A DNA stretch of 64,000 nt from Tubulanus polymorphus (Eukaryota > Animalia > Nemertea). The translations under genes and the position numbers were made by a program. Position 1 is the first letter of the stretch. Every line of letters begins with the position of its first letter. The notes below the pieces were generated by a model. It made no database searches and was not told the origin of the DNA. It saw nothing but the letters and a program-made list of their open reading frames with translations. Below are positions 12,920-27,058 of the stretch, piece after piece. Location of the stretch: positions 16,526,150 through 16,590,149 of the forward strand of contig NC_134026.1 in assembly GCF_964204645.1 (NCBI RefSeq), read 5' to 3'.

Positions 12920-13620
12920 AACAAGTCAATTCGATACTACGTATCTATGTCCCCGCGATAGCCAGTAGGGAATGAATGACCCCTGAAGACACTGATATTT
13001 GGTATAGAAAAATGATGAGTGTATCTAGGGATAACCATGCTATAAATATAATTTTCCTGCTATGAATGGTTATTTAAGAATTGAGTTTACAGGGTTTTAG
13101 GCAAAAGACGTCTACCAACCTTGACCTTTGACCCTAGAACTCCAAAATCACTAATCCACATCCTCTCCCCAGGGGTAATCATACTATGATATAGCATTGT
13201 TCTGTTATCAATGATTCTTCTTGAATCGTGTTAACAAGGTTTCATATGAATGATATCTAGTGACCTTGACCTTTTCCCCCAAAATCAATAGGGCACAGCC
13301 TCGCCCTAGGGGTAATCATGCGATGTAATATCATTGTATAGCTATCAACAGTTCTTTCTGAATCACATTCACGACACAAGGTTTCACATGAATGACCCAG
13401 CTATCAACGGTTCTTCTTGAATCACGTTCACAATGTTTTACATGAATGACCTGTAGTGACCTTGACCTCCTATGGGTAATCATACTGTGTAATATCATAG
13501 TCCTGCGATCAACGGTTCTTCTCGAGTCGCGTTCACAAGCTCATGCGGACGGACGGAAAGTCGGACGGACGGACGGAGGCGGATACCAAGTCCCCCGCTC
13601 GCGGCCTACGCCTTCTTTTA
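12920..13620. mobile_element. HINE/DINE-like (Helentron-associated) non-autonomous element with internal about 145-bp repeats
   Basis: Homologous to 36391-37507; degenerate ccttgacctt repeats and (GACG)n microsatellite near end. Confidence 0.75.
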
Positions 13621-14137
13621 TAAATAATGCACCAATGAATTGATTGTGTATTCACATTTCATTTCATTGTTTAACTGTGATTTAGTTATTTTGACGTAGT
13701 TAGTGAGGATGCTGATTCCTTTTTGTCCCCACGGCGCACGTTGGCCGATAACGTTCCGGCAAGAGTGCGTTACATTTATGACAGGAACCGAATCTGTCCG
13801 CGGGATGTCTGGCACATGTCGAGTATTGAGGTATATGACGAAGGTCATACTTTCCCTGATTGAATATTCTCGAAGAAATCCTCTTTTTGAATGACGCAGA
13901 GATCAATCTGAAGGTCGTCGGGTTTAATTATGAAGTTAGGGATAAGAAATAAACGAATGGCGAATCCTTTATCTAGTTCGGTGTCTGTATTTTCGACGCG
14001 AGATTAATTCGGCGAATACATTTAAAAAGATTCTAGCACACGTAGTCGGAGCGCAATAACGCTCGCCACATTGATTAGTGTGTTTCATTACTTAATAGTA
14101 GTCGAATCTGAGTGAAGATACATTTTTTTGTAAAAAA

Positions 14138-14450
14138 TTAAGTGGATGAATAATAATCCCGGCGATTACAAGAGTGTTTTCTGTGAAACAACAGAAAACT
14201 CTTATAATGGTAATAATGATAAAAAATGGTAGTGGTAGCCAAATGTAACTCTTGATGTATCGGAGTTATATGATCATCTCTCTTTGCTCCAACAATCATC
14301 CGAGCAGGATTATTTTGTACAAGCTGCAACTTGCGTCGAAGTTCAACGGATGAGAGCAATGAGTTAGCATAATCTAATTTAGATATAACATAAGAATTAA
14401 CAGCCATTTAACATGTAGCGGTGTCTAAAAATGTCAGATTGCACTACAGG
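14138..14450 (-). mobile_element. L2/CR1-group LINE RT C-terminal fragment
   Basis: SYVISKLDYANSLL...KLQLVQNNPARMIVGAKRDDHITPIHQELH. Confidence 0.8.
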
Positions 14451-14519
14451 CAATAAAAATATTTACTCAGACAGTACAAATGGGAAATAGCCTTTTTGCA
14501 CACCTGCACGGCTCATACA

Positions 14520-15570
14520 TAAGGCCAAAAATGATACCTTGTTCACATTTTCAAAATCCCCGAAAGTGACCTTGGAGGCAGGTGGTTTTTCCAATATAAA
14601 AAAAAAGAATATGATTTTTGGGAATATTATGGCCAGACAGATAGCCTTCCAATAGATATATTTGGAAGCATCAAAACATTGCCAATAACTAAAGCCAGCC
14701 TATAAAAAGCTCACAAGACACAAACTTTCATAAAGAACATATTCGTGGCATGTTAGCTTTACGTCGTAATACATGCAAACATATTCAAATATTTTACAAT
14801 CAGACAGAATTTGAGTTTCTACCTCGGTACTTGGAGGGGATGTTACATCAATAGTAAGTTTATCTTCAGTTTTCTCGTATAGGTCATTTCTTATATCACG
14901 ATATGCGTTATATACACAAAGGAAATACAATTGGGACTCTACGTGATTTTTATTACACATACTACAGACACGCAATGCAAACGGCGAACTTCTACACCTT
15001 CTTTATTCTACATTAAGAGATGGCTGAACTTTTTCACAGCACTCATAGTTTTTGAGTCTCTATACTGCCCTTAATCCATGATTGGAACCGTAGTTGGATT
15101 ATATATTTTACTATGAGGTTTATGCGAAAACGCATGAATTAAAGTGTTTACAAATGAGGCTACCTATTGCATTGCTAGATGCGTTAGCAAGGATATCGTA
15201 TGGCCAAAATCTAAATATTCATTCATTTCTATACCTAAATATCAGTATAAATTCACATTTGCAATAGTTTGAACTGAAAGTTGGTCACTGGAGCAGATTT
15301 GTTTCTGAAGTGCATTATTTTGGACTTTTCATGATTAACAGTCAGTTTCCATTTTCATACCATTGCATATTAAGTTCATCTATAAGAAAATGTAACCAGT
15401 GTTCATCTTCTGCTATAAGGACAATATCATCAGCATAGAGAGATTCAATTTCTGAGGCTAACACATCCAGTTACAACGAAAAAAAAAGTGTTGGCCATAG
15501 GCAGTCCCTTGTCTTACACCTGATTATACCTGATTATAATGTACACGGAAAACGATCTGACAATTGCCCA
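14520..15570 (-). mobile_element. decayed LINE RT and C-terminal CCHC-like fragment
   Basis: GVRQG and LYADDIVL motifs near 15430-15520; RVCSMCNKNHVESQLYFLCVY C-terminal motif. Confidence 0.65.
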
Positions 15571-15699
15571 TTTATTCTGACCCGTACATCGTTTCTTTCT
15601 TTTCATTTTATTGTAACTTTGTACAAAGTACAGTATACAAATAACATTCAATACAATAATATAGTGGCAATACATACATAAAAAGCAGTGAATGGTGTA

Positions 15700-17520
15700 A
15701 TAATTTAGGCGGATACATCATGGAGGTTCAAAGGCTGCTTATTTGCAATAGACCATGCAATTTGGTGTAGACCGGTTTAGATGTAGTAAATATTTACAAA
15801 AACACAGGTGTTTCTCTAAAATAAAAGTTGATTCACAACCCCATATTTCACATGCACGTGTAAGGATTGGCTCGACCATAGCGTCAAAAAGTTCTAAACC
15901 TGTGTCTGTATCTAAAGAGTACTGTTTGACTTTTTTCAAAACACGAAATAGAGCCTTGTTATGAAATGAGTATATTTAATTATAGGGGCAACATAGAGGC
16001 GTGTTTGTTTGTAGCATTATTACTATATATATATATCTTAATCAATAATTAATATCTGTCTGACACTGCTTGTCGTTGAGTGATCTTTGATGACTGTTTG
16101 GACAGGTGTTATCACAGTTCCTACACCTGTCCTGACATGTGCGAGATGACCGCTCAACCAGGGGTATAAATATAAGGGGCTTTAGTTTAAGGGAAGCGGA
16201 GTTTTAGATAGAAAGTCAGATTCGGGGCTCCTCGAGCTTCGACATATCTATGGGTCGACTATAGTCGTGAGGTCGTGTGTATATCAATAAATACAGATCG
16301 TGAATCAATCGTGGATTACCAGTTATATACTACTACATTCTGGGTCGCTCGGTGAAGTTATCGACGCGACGGATCAGGCGGATAAGGAATCAGATTAGAC
16401 ACCACAATTATCTGATTTCTTTCATTTTGCAAATGTACCAGTAAAATTAGATAATATTCATCAGTAGAAAAATTCGTCAACGACTTCGACTTCTTGTTGG
16501 TGTGTAAAAAAGTTGGTTTTAATCTCAATTTTCTTTTTTGGAATATTAGTATTTTAGTTTTTGTTGTGTTGATTTTCAATTTCCATAGGCAATAATAATC
16601 AGACAAAGAATTGAGTGCTTATTGCAGGCCCTCCATCGAGTCAGATGAAATAAGGCTATCATCTGCACAAAGCACTAAAAGTCTCAACCAGAAATTTACT
16701 TCATCACTATTATCAATACATACACTCTGGCGGCCTTGACCCAATGGAAAGTTATCAAGGTCGTTTACATTTAGACTAAAATGAAATTGGGTTAAATTAT
16801 CTCCCTGCTTGAGACCAAAATGACTATGAAAGAACTCGGAATTCCTTCCGTTAGTCGAAACCCAACATTTAACAGACGTGTACATTTCTACTACGATATT
16901 GTAAAATTTACGTGGTTATCTAATTTTTTCATATTGTTTTTCTCCAGATTTTATCAAACGCTTTTTTTCAAAATCTATAGATACACAGTATAATTTGCGA
17001 TTCTCACCCAAAAACATGTCGACAACTGATTTCAGTGTAAATATATATGGTAGGTAACCCCATGTTTCTTGCGGAAGCCGGTTTGAATAAGATTTAACAA
17101 CTAGTTGCACTCTGCTACCATACCAGTAAATAGGCTAGTTTGCCTAACAGCTCGTTAGCTCAATGCCCTGGTAGTTATCTGGGCAATTAGGACCCCTTTG
17201 TTTTTAAAAAGCGGAATTATTTTTGATAATCCCCAGTAAATTCCTGAGTCCAAGATACGAGTAAATAAGGTAGTGAGAACAGGTGATAAATTATTTGCAA
17301 CTGATTTAAGCATTTCGTTGATTATCTCATCGGGTCCGGGTGACTTATTTTTTTTGTTTTTTCGATCGCAGTTATAACCACTTTTTCAGTTAGGTCTCCA
17401 TTAAATGCATCAAAATTCAGCGTTGGAACATCGAAATTCAAATGTCCCTGTGAGGGTTCAGTATAATAATGAATGGGTTTTTTATTTAGTGTATTAAAAC
17501 GGTTAACCAAGTCGTCAAAA
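15700..17520 (-). mobile_element. decayed LINE (RT domain fragments), interrupted by an LTR-like insertion
   Basis: LYCVSIDFEK, GLKQGDNL...F.L.VNDL, LLVLCADD, WKLKINTTKTKIL, LFDAMVEPILTRACEIWG. Confidence 0.8.
16010..16337 (+). mobile_element. LTR-like sequence followed by PBS-like motif
   Basis: TGTAG...CTACA termini, TATAAATA and AATAAA inside, followed by ttctgggtcgctcgg. Confidence 0.5.
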
Positions 17521-17779
17521 CTTGCTTCGCATACTTTTAATAATTCTAAGGAAGTTTCTTTTTATACCGAATTCATTAAGTTTGTACAGAAGGTACGAGC
17601 GATCCACACAATCGAATGCTTTAGCAAAATCGACACAACAAATAGACGTAGGACGATTTTCTAAAAGCCTGTTTTTACAATGGATGTTAGGCTATAGATA
17701 TGATCAAGGTATGGTCACCTTTTCCGACAACCATTTTGTTAGTCAGTCAATTCACCGTTCAAATTTGAATAAAACGTCG

Positions 17780-18360
17780 GACGATTATTTATATTGGAAC
17801 TGAAAAGCTTTTCCCCGTTTGAGCTAAGGCTAATATCTCAATATATTCAAACGGTGTAAGTTCGTATTTACCTTGTTTATGAATAGGATGCAAAATACTC
17901 CGGTTCCAAATCGATGAAACTTTACCGGCACGAAGAACCTTTGTGAACAACCAAATATTGCTAACGCTTGTGTTATCATTAGCAGCTGGGTTGTATAATT
18001 TTTCAAACTCATGTTTCCATTTCTTTATGATGTCATTTTTGTTTTCTGAAATTGTGCCGTTTTCCATTCTTACAGCTCAGCGTTATCTCTATGTCCAGGC
18101 CCTGGCTTCTTATTATGGTTCGAAAATTCCGTTGGGTTGCTGGCCTGCAAGTGGTCTATTTCATTCAATTTCTGGAATTAACGTTTTGAATATCGAAAAC
18201 GCTTTTCAAAATAGCTTTTGATTATTTTTAAACTCATTTCGAAGTTTTGATTTTTCACTCGAATTGCCTTAACTTGATAAACCGTTTTTCGGCCTGAAAA
18301 CACACGTTTCGAAATCGCAATAGTTCATCGGTCCACCATGGGGCTTTTTACTTCGAAGTC
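17780..18360 (-). mobile_element. LINE fragment (pre-RT region)
   Basis: DIIKKWKHEFEKLYNP; WNRSILHPIHKQGK. Confidence 0.6.
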
Positions 18361-18539
18361 TTTTTATGGAAAGAAACCTTAACATATCTATGCGGTAGGT
18401 GCGGTAGGGATCCGGTATCGTCATATCGCTGAATCTCGGAACCGCAGAATTTCTTAATTTTCACTATGGATAAAAATCGGGTTTTCCTGCGGCGATCGTT
18501 CCTTTCGTGGTTTCCAAACGTCATTTTGTAATTACTATT

Positions 18540-19130
18540 CTAATATGATGATTTTTATCCAATTAGTACTGTCAAAAATACCCGGTATTCTAGCCGTCAA
18601 CAACCTTGGATGTCTAATGGGTTACTTATTTCTCTTTTGCATAAAAACTTGTTGTATAAACGATTCAAATTACGTACAACCCGGCAGTTAAAAGAAAGAT
18701 ATTTTTAATTTAGAAATTTATTCAACAAGCCATTGGGTATTGCTAAGAAAAATTATTACATCAAAAAAGTAAGTGGTGATATGGAACAAACTTGGCAAAA
18801 AAATTGATAATATTCTAGGTAAAAGCAAAGATCAAAATTACCCTGACTATTTCAAAAACGGTGTTACAGTCATTCAGGACGATCAAAATGTTGCAAATGC
18901 CTTTAATGAATATTTTGTGTCAATTGGGCCCCAATTGGCAGAAAATATCCTGATTCATCCAAACATTTTACTGAGTATTTTAGTAACATGAACGATTAGA
19001 GTTTATTTCTATATCCAAGCCTGAGTAAAGAAATAGAGAAACTAGCCAAATCTATGAAATGCAAAAGCACATGTGGTTCTGATGGAATTAGTCAAATGTT
19101 TCTGAAATCAGTCATTGATTTGATATAAAC
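18540..19130 (+). mobile_element. CR1/L2-group LINE fragment
   Basis: QPWMSNGLLISL..KNLLYK; VANAFNEYFVSIGPQLAENI; GSDGIS. Confidence 0.75.
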
Positions 19131-20389
19131 TCAACGGATGTTTGTTTCCCTCGCAACCTTTCAAGCGCAGCACCCGGATGATAGTCATATATTTCCTGAA
19201 ATATAAATATCAATGATATTGAGAAAAATTGATAATGTAACAAAATCGATTACGTTTTGCAATGACGCATACTCGTTGCAGCGAGTAAATATGAACCCTT
19301 TACGACAGTACATGCATAAGTTCCAAATACATTTGTCGATAGAAAAGACAAACGAAGTTAAAAGTGGGATTTGATTTAGAAAAATACGAACCTTTTTAAC
19401 GGTTTTCAGCCTTTTCGCATCCTCTCTCAAAATCCTTGGTAATACCCGAAGCTCTGCTATTATCATCATATCTGAAAATCAGTGAATGTATAAATTAAAA
19501 ATGATTATCTTCTATCAAAATATAGTCACACATTTTTAAGGTCATGAATCAAGATTAACTGACCTGTTTGTGCAATTTTGAAGCGACACGATTGCCAAAT
19601 GTACAGACTTTGTACATTTCTTTAATTTCTTTCCGCCATAGGTATGAGATTGGAAAAGATATTTCGCACCGCGCTCACAATATGGTCAACTTCCATGGAA
19701 CAGTTACTATAACAAATACAAAAGTGATGGGAAAGTTTCAAACAATAAACGTCAGATCCGATTCTGAGTCACTCGACTTTATGGCCTCTATAACGAATAT
19801 CATCACAAATGTTATATTTATTCATAAAATGGTACTTACCAGAGTTAATTAATTTCCGAGCCCCAAATATTTCATCGTACAAAAACATTGAGAAGAACGA
19901 GTCAATAAACTATACACTGAACAACGTTTGTGTGTCGTGGTGGCAGATAATTATATAATTGTGAGTTGCGTGAACAAGGGAATAATTGCATGATCATGTA
20001 CACATGGCCCTACAGGCTCGAAACTACAATAGTACGATAATAATTAGGCCGAAAGCATTACGTTACTTTAAATGTTGACTACACTCTATGTTTTAATTCA
20101 ACAAAAAATTTACGATGACTTTAACTGAGTGTTCTTTTTTTAAATAGCCGAAAATACAAACAATTTTCATTTTTGAGTTGCATAAGAACTTCGAATTTGA
20201 TAGGATTTACTAAATTCTTAATTGACAATTGTAACCACTTTATAGTTCTTGTCAAGAACCCTAATGTCTTGAAGAACCTCAATCTCCATTTCACGTTGCT
20301 AAAGCCTCACCATGAACCCCTGGGTTCTTCGAACAACCCCTGAAGAACCCTTTGTTCTAAGAGTGTAATACTACAGCTAGAGCCGACGA

Positions 20390-21800
20390 TAATCCGTCAA
20401 TGACGGTATGTTTTCGCGACGTACGAATGCTGGTGTATAAGGCCAGAACAAACAGCAAGGACCCACAACTGCGTATAGTAGAAGATCTTCCGAAAGAAGT
20501 TAGATACAGAAGGCGCTTATTGTTCGAGCGGATGAACTACCAAAAAGCGAATAACCCATCCCTTAACGCGTTTGAAATCTTCGATAAATTGATCGTTGGC
20601 TCTAATACTTTCAAAGTGATCAATGGAGAGATCACGCAGATAAACATTCGCCCCTATGAACTAAACCTTAATCCAGAAAAGAAAAGCGCGGATTAACCAG
20701 CGGCCACATAGGACACATAAACCTATCAACTTAATATACTGTCATGGAACGTACGTCTAAGTGATTATAAGTGGGAAACTCCGGACTTTCGTAATTTAAC
20801 AGCAAATGCAGATATAATTAGTTTCACGGAAAAGTGGGCTCTAAAAGACAAGGAACAGTTTCTTGATGGTTATTCTAGCATAAAAATCTTGTTACGTTTT
20901 TGCTGCAAAATATTTTTTGGACCTTTTTTGATAGGGGCACACTTGAATTTTCAAGGGGGTGGACCGGTCCACCCCTGGATCCGCCCTTGACTAGGATCAA
21001 AAAACGTAAAGCAAAGAGAAATTCTGTTGGCATAGCAGTCTTTTACAAGAATGAACTGAAGGATGACATTCAGAAATTCAAAAACTCACATCCTGATATC
21101 TTATGGGTTAAACTCTGTAAAAAATACATAAATTCGGAAATCCGATTTGTATATATGTAATGTATACGTTATGCCACGTCTCGGCGTGATATAGATGATG
21201 TTAGCATTTTTCAAGCGATAGAAAATGATATGGCCACTATATTGACCCTAATGCATATATCTTTGCGGCGATTTAAATGCAAGAACATTGGACTTAGATG
21301 AGAATGTCAGCCGTGGATTCAGCAGATGGGCTTCATATATTTAATACCGATTTATTTCTAAATCATGACTATTTAAATGTGAAAAGAGTATCCTGTGATA
21401 GGAAAATGAATACCAATGTTCGCAGAACTATAAAACTATGCCCACTCGGGGGCTGTTTATCCTAGATGGTAGGGCATTCAACGATATGAATACTGGTAAT
21501 TTTACATGTGTAAACACTAATCGACATAGTGTAGTTGATAATGTGTTACTAAATGAACAATCCATAGATTTGCTGAATGCTTTTGAGGTTTTACCAAACA
21601 CTGTGTTAAACACTGTCAGATCACTCTGACATTAAAACTAGGCTATCTATTTCTTCAAAAAGACAGCTATCCAATACCAGGCAGTGGAGTCATAAAGTGA
21701 ATGGGATGAAAACAAACGGCAACAACATTTAATCAATTTACGATCATGAATCTGAAGATATGGTAAATAATCTGGTATTATCTGAACAAAACCAAAAATA
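20390..21800 (+). mobile_element. LINE fragment: ORF1 end plus APE endonuclease, decayed
   Basis: LRIVEDLPKEVRYRRRLL ORF1 motif; NILSWNV, LCGDLNART, SVVDNVL, SDH endonuclease motifs. Confidence 0.8.
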
Positions 21801-21809
21801 GGTCGACGA

Positions 21810-23386
21810 TGCTGTGTCATGTTCGGTTCCGTACATTCGTCGCAAATAGGGTCGAGGTCATCCGAGACGGGTCCGATATCAGCCACTGGAACCACGTCTC
21901 CTCGCAGGGGAATCCAGCGGAAATTGCTTCACGCGGACTACAGCTTAACGATAGTCATCGCCTGGACCAGTGGCTGAGAGGCCCAGACTTTCTTCATCAG
22001 ACTCGTAGCGATGGTAGTTGGCGTTCACCCATCACCGAGTGGTCGTTACCGATTGAGGATCCTGAGTTAAAGATATCTAGCAATGGATGCGCTTGTACAG
22101 TGATCGCCAATCATCCCGTGGAATATCTGCTCTAACGCTTCCCGAGTTGGTCTGAAATTAAGAGAATGGGTGCGATCGTAATGTCAGCTATTGACAAGTC
22201 TAAGGGCGGCCGATGCGACGATAGTCCTGCTGAGATAGGACTCGATCAACTGGAAGCATCCGAGAAATTCATCGTCAAGGGTGTACAGCGTCAGCACTTG
22301 TCAAACGAGATCGCAGAACTGTCGAAAGAGGAGAAATGCCTCAGCAAGGCTAATCCCATTGCGAAACTGGACCCGTTCTTAGACGAAGGGACAGTTCGAG
22401 TCGGTGGACGGTTAGCACGAGCTGCAATCCCGTATGACGCGAAGCACCCGGCCATTCCGAAAGAATCGACAATCACGGTGCGACTAATAGAACACGCTCA
22501 TATACAGGTCGGCCACCTCGGTACGGAATCCGTCCTTAGCGAACTCCCTAGGATGGGCTATTGGCTGTTGCCGGCTTGTAAGCTCATCGAAATCGCTGTG
22601 TATCACTGCGTTTGTTGCCGGAAGTATCAGGGCCGCCTCATCAGCCAAAGATGGCGGACTTGCCGAATGAGCAGGTAACGCCTAACAAGCCACTGGTTGC
22701 GCGGATCGGAGTCGACTATTTCGGTCCTTTCGAAATAAAAATCGGTAGAAGTGTGGTCAAACGTGCATCCAGAACCTAAACCAGCAGGAGATAACTCTGC
22801 AAGCAGCGCGGAATCGAATAGAGCTTTAACCCCCCGCTGGGGTCCCATCACGGCGGCGTTTGAGAACGTCACATAAGATCTGTACGAAAAGTCTTACATT
22901 CGCGCGATGAATCGTTTCGTACCCTGTTTTGTGAAGTCGAGGTCATTCTCTACAGTCAGCCAAGTATGCGGGTCTCCCACGACCCTAATGATTTGGAAGC
23001 GTTATTCCCGAATCATCTTTGTGCGCAAAACCAGGGCAAAACATGACCTCCGGGTTTTTTTCGAAATCCGAAAATTACCCGAGGTGCTACTGGCGCCAAG
23101 TGCTATACCTGGCAGATGTGTTTTGGCACCGGTGGCTGAAGGAATACGTGTCGCTACTTAAGTCACGCCAAAAGTGGTTATCAAAGCGTTGGAATGTTTC
23201 GTCGGTGATTTCGTCTTGCTCGCAGACAGCAACACCAGGAATAGCTGGGCAATGGGAAAGGTCGTGAAGACATTCCCTGATAAAAAGGGCTTCGTGCGAT
23301 CGGTCACTGTCAAAACCACCAGCAACGAGTTGGTGCGGCCGATAGATAAATTGGTCCTACTCCTGGAGGCAGACGGTCAACCATAA
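21810..23386 (+). mobile_element. BEL/Pao LTR retrotransposon pol 3' part (RNase H end, integrase, C-terminal domain), decayed
   Basis: FVANRV...WNHVSSQGNPAEIASRG; LDPFLDEGTVRVGGRL; HHCC zinc finger; GVDYFGPF; FWHRWLKEYVSLLKSRQKW; VRSVTVKT...RPIDKLVLL. Confidence 0.92.
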
Positions 23387-23534
23387 ACTTGCGTGTAGTG
23401 ATTGTAGTTCGGAGGTCAAGTCATCTCTTATGTTAAACTGTGAGAATGTTAGTTTCGTTTGAGCCGTTTTAGAGATTTATACCTATAGGTTTATTATGTA
23501 AAATTGTAATAGGCATTTCAATTTTGGAGGCAGG

Positions 23535-24056
23535 TGTAAAGGTCCGACCCGGTGAGCCCTACGGTACTGCGTACTACTACGTATTTCGGTCCGCTAGTGC
23601 TACGGTCCGCTCCGTGTTCCCTTTATGTGTTGAACGTCGTGTGGAGAAAAATCGGCCACGTAGCAGATTATAGTTTAGTTGTGGACTCGGTTCTTAATTT
23701 TTGTCCACTCAGTTTTGTATACGTTTGCCGTGTAGATATCTTTAGTAGGCTGCCACAGTCTGGTAGGTTTGATATATTTTGTACTTTCAATTTCAATTTG
23801 TCCTAAATTTATCGTGATTTTTAGATTTTTGTTCCGTCGTTTTGTAGTCGACCGCGTGTTCTTGTTGTACGTCGATATTGCAACAGCTTGGCTTGTGCTG
23901 ATTTGTGTGATTAAAGCCTGATTCTTCTTCAAGTGACCCGTGAATTGTCGTTTTTTCGTTTGTCTATCTATTTCAATTTTACTTAATAATAGTAGGAAAG
24001 TTTTCAGCGTACTGCGATCTGTAAAAGTTATACTGTGCGTGTACTAGAACGCTACA
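23535..24056 (+). mobile_element. 3' LTR of BEL/Pao element (end approximate)
   Basis: purine tract ggaggcagg followed by TGTA; candidate TACA end at 24056. Confidence 0.55.
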
Positions 24057-24936
24057 TGAACGCTTAGTAATTTTCAAGAAAATGCCAAACTTTCGGGCAA
24101 TAAACGACAAAATAAATTTCGTGATATCTTTATACGGAAATAAACAACTTAAATCAGAGAATTGGCCTATGTAAAGTGCTATTTCAAAAATGTATGAGTG
24201 GCACTATTTTAAGCGCGGACTAATACAAATTTACTTTTAGACAGGGGCGACGCAACTTAAGAGTTTCAATTTTTTATTTCGGCAATATTTGATTAACCCA
24301 GGAAGAAAGACACTAAATATTTGGATGTATATATGAAAGCTGTTGGTACTGGAGTGTGTAATGGGTAGTGTAGTGTGATCTGTGTGCATTTGTGGCCAGC
24401 ACACAGATCACATTGTTCATTAGGGTTTGGTCCAGGACTCGCGAGATTTTCAACAACACGGAAGTAACGTGTAATAAATGATGACTTGAATTGCATGACT
24501 ACCTACCACCCCTCATTATTGTTGGAAAACTAAACGTTCCGCACTGACTAAAAATTAGTAATAAAATTTTAGAAATGGCCAGAATTTTAACTTAGGTTCT
24601 ATCTCATTTTTATTTTACAATTGCGATTGGTATAATTTTCTTTAACGGCCGTTAAGGCTTCATGTTTCGTCTGCAATTCACTGCAAATAGTTACGCAACT
24701 ACGCACATTGCAGCGTTTTTGGCAGCTGTACACTCAATCGGCACCGTTCGTGACTAGCTTCACTGCGGAATTATCATTCATTAACATCGCCATGTCATCA
24801 ACTTATATTGTGCCTTAGAACCCCCGAACCCCCTTAGAACAGCCGAAATAATTGAAATGCACACACGATTTCTATCATTGAAAATTGAGAGAGTGGCCAT
24901 GTTTGTGTTCTGCTGCTTCGCGTAAATACCGCGCGG

Positions 24937-25430
24937 TGGCGCAACCGCGCGGAGTGGGGCCGATACGTCTAGTAACAAAAATTCACTATTTACGAACTCA
25001 ACCTTCTGTGTTTCATATTTAAGCGACTGTAAACGTTTCAGACGCGTACGTGGCGTTAAACAGACTTAATCGTTGAATCTTAAAGACAAATCGAATATTT
25101 ATTTCTATTTAACTCTCCTGATTGACGTAATTGAATTTGGTCTCGAAATTGTGACTATTTTTCAACCGAATAGCATATTTGATTGGCGCAACCGCGCGGA
25201 GTGGGGCCGATACGTCTAGTAACAAAAATTCACTATTTACGAACTCAACCTTCTGTGTTTCATATTTAAGCGACTGTAAACGTTTCAGACGCGTACGTGG
25301 CGTTAAACAGACTTAATCGTTGAATCTTAAAGACAAATCGAATATTTATTTCTATTTAACTCTCCTGATTGACGTAATTGAATTTGGTCTCGAAATTGTG
25401 ACTATTTTTCAACCGAATAGCGTATTTGAT
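24937..25430. repeat. near-perfect 247-bp tandem duplication
   Basis: tggcgcaaccgcgcggagtgggg at 24937 and 25184; one visible mismatch. Confidence 0.92.
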
Positions 25431-26443
25431 TCGGTAATTCTAATTCAAATTTGTTACAAATATTAACTAAAACTACATGGGGGTATCAGTGCAATCAGTT
25501 AATCAGATTTTGCCAACTGTCACTTGGGGTTATGCGTGGCAAATTGTCTCATTTTCAAAATTGATGAGAAATTCCATAATCATTTTTCTTTCTCAAATGA
25601 ACAGATCACGAAATATATTTTCATCAAACATTTTTGACAAACCTTCACTTTAGAGTTACCAATCCAATATGGCGCCCGTTTCAAAAATCATGACGATCTT
25701 CAGTCAAAAACCAGGCCAAAAATCTACTTTCTCGTGGAGATATTTACGTATAAAATGAACCACAGGTACTGCATTTCTGATGACGTTTCGAGCCCGAAGT
25801 GTAAGTTGTTAATTGAACCATTAACGAGAGGTGCGGATCTGCACTTTTACACCCGTGATTTTACGTGCACCAGACTTATGATTGAGTCGAGTTCCTTTTA
25901 TCTGAAGAATGATTACTTGTATTAGTATTGTTTCATTGAATAGTTGGCATCGTTTCAAGTGAAGCGGTGTTAACAAAGGAAGTTTCATTTTACTAATTAA
26001 CTTTATTTATCATGAATAATCATTTTAACCATTATAGCAGTGAGATGATGAGCACGACCTTTTCTGTTTCGTAGCATTTGTTGTAAACGTTCATCAATAA
26101 ATATTTTCAGTATGTCACACCATTCCATTCAGTACACGCACCGTAGCCAAGATGTCTACACGATAACAAAACACTTACCTTTCATTGTTCTAAAGGCTAC
26201 ATCCAGTGTCAAAAATGGTCAGTCACAACTGCGCATGCGTGAACAGCAGCAATAAAGCAAGAATGAATAGTTAGCCGTATCACGACGCCGACGGCAAAAT
26301 AGTTCGACATAGAGTTACGTTGATTGAATATCTGAAAAATCCTTGTCAATCTTATTTCTTCTCATATTGTTTTTTTATTACAGAATTTCATACATTCTAC
26401 AATTGATGTATGATAGGCCTACTAGTGAATTCGAGAGATAACA

Positions 26444-27058
26444 GGGTCATTCTAAAGTACGAAACGACGAAATTACGAAATACTAAAAACTAAATTATCG
26501 TCGGTTTATGTTAATAATCGATGCATGTGGTCGGCAGTATCGCACTGTGTCATTTACAAGGGATAAGGATTCGTAAAGACAGTTCAAGGTCAGGAATCGT
26601 TCAAATTGCTTGTCACTACTTTGTTTTGCGTTAAAAAGATCGACATGTAGGATGAGTATCGCTTCACCATGCTTTACTGCGTCTGAGTTCATGGAATGGC
26701 GGAGCGTATTCATTTGGTTTTGAGAACATTCTACAATTATTTCTACTAATTGTAGGATACTTTTAAACCAACAAGAAAAGTTTAGAAAATAAAGTCCTAC
26801 ATGTAACGACAAAAATTTTGAGAGTACGGCCCGTGATGGGCGTTATAATGAGCTTTGACTATACCATAGTCGTGTTTGAAATATTACCATTTCGTTTCGT
26901 GCTTCAGTAATAGTCGCAAAAATGAACGTTTCGTAATTTCGTTTCCCATTTCGTAATTTCGTTTTGCGTTTGTACTTTCGTTTCGTTATTTCGCTTCATA
27001 TTTCGTCATTTTGTTTCATATTTTCGCAATTTCGTCGTTTCGTACTTTAGCTGGACCC
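26444..27058. mobile_element. MITE with TIRs and subterminal ACGAAA repeats
   Basis: gggtc..ctaaagtacgaaacgacgaaatt vs aatttcgtcgtttcgtactttag..gaccc. Confidence 0.75.

Noticed and set aside
6000-20366. Inverted ends actcttagaa / ttctaagagt with gggttcttc repeats, possibly bounding a 14-kb composite element
   Set aside because: Arms are short and diverged with no clear TSD; more likely independent MITE fragments
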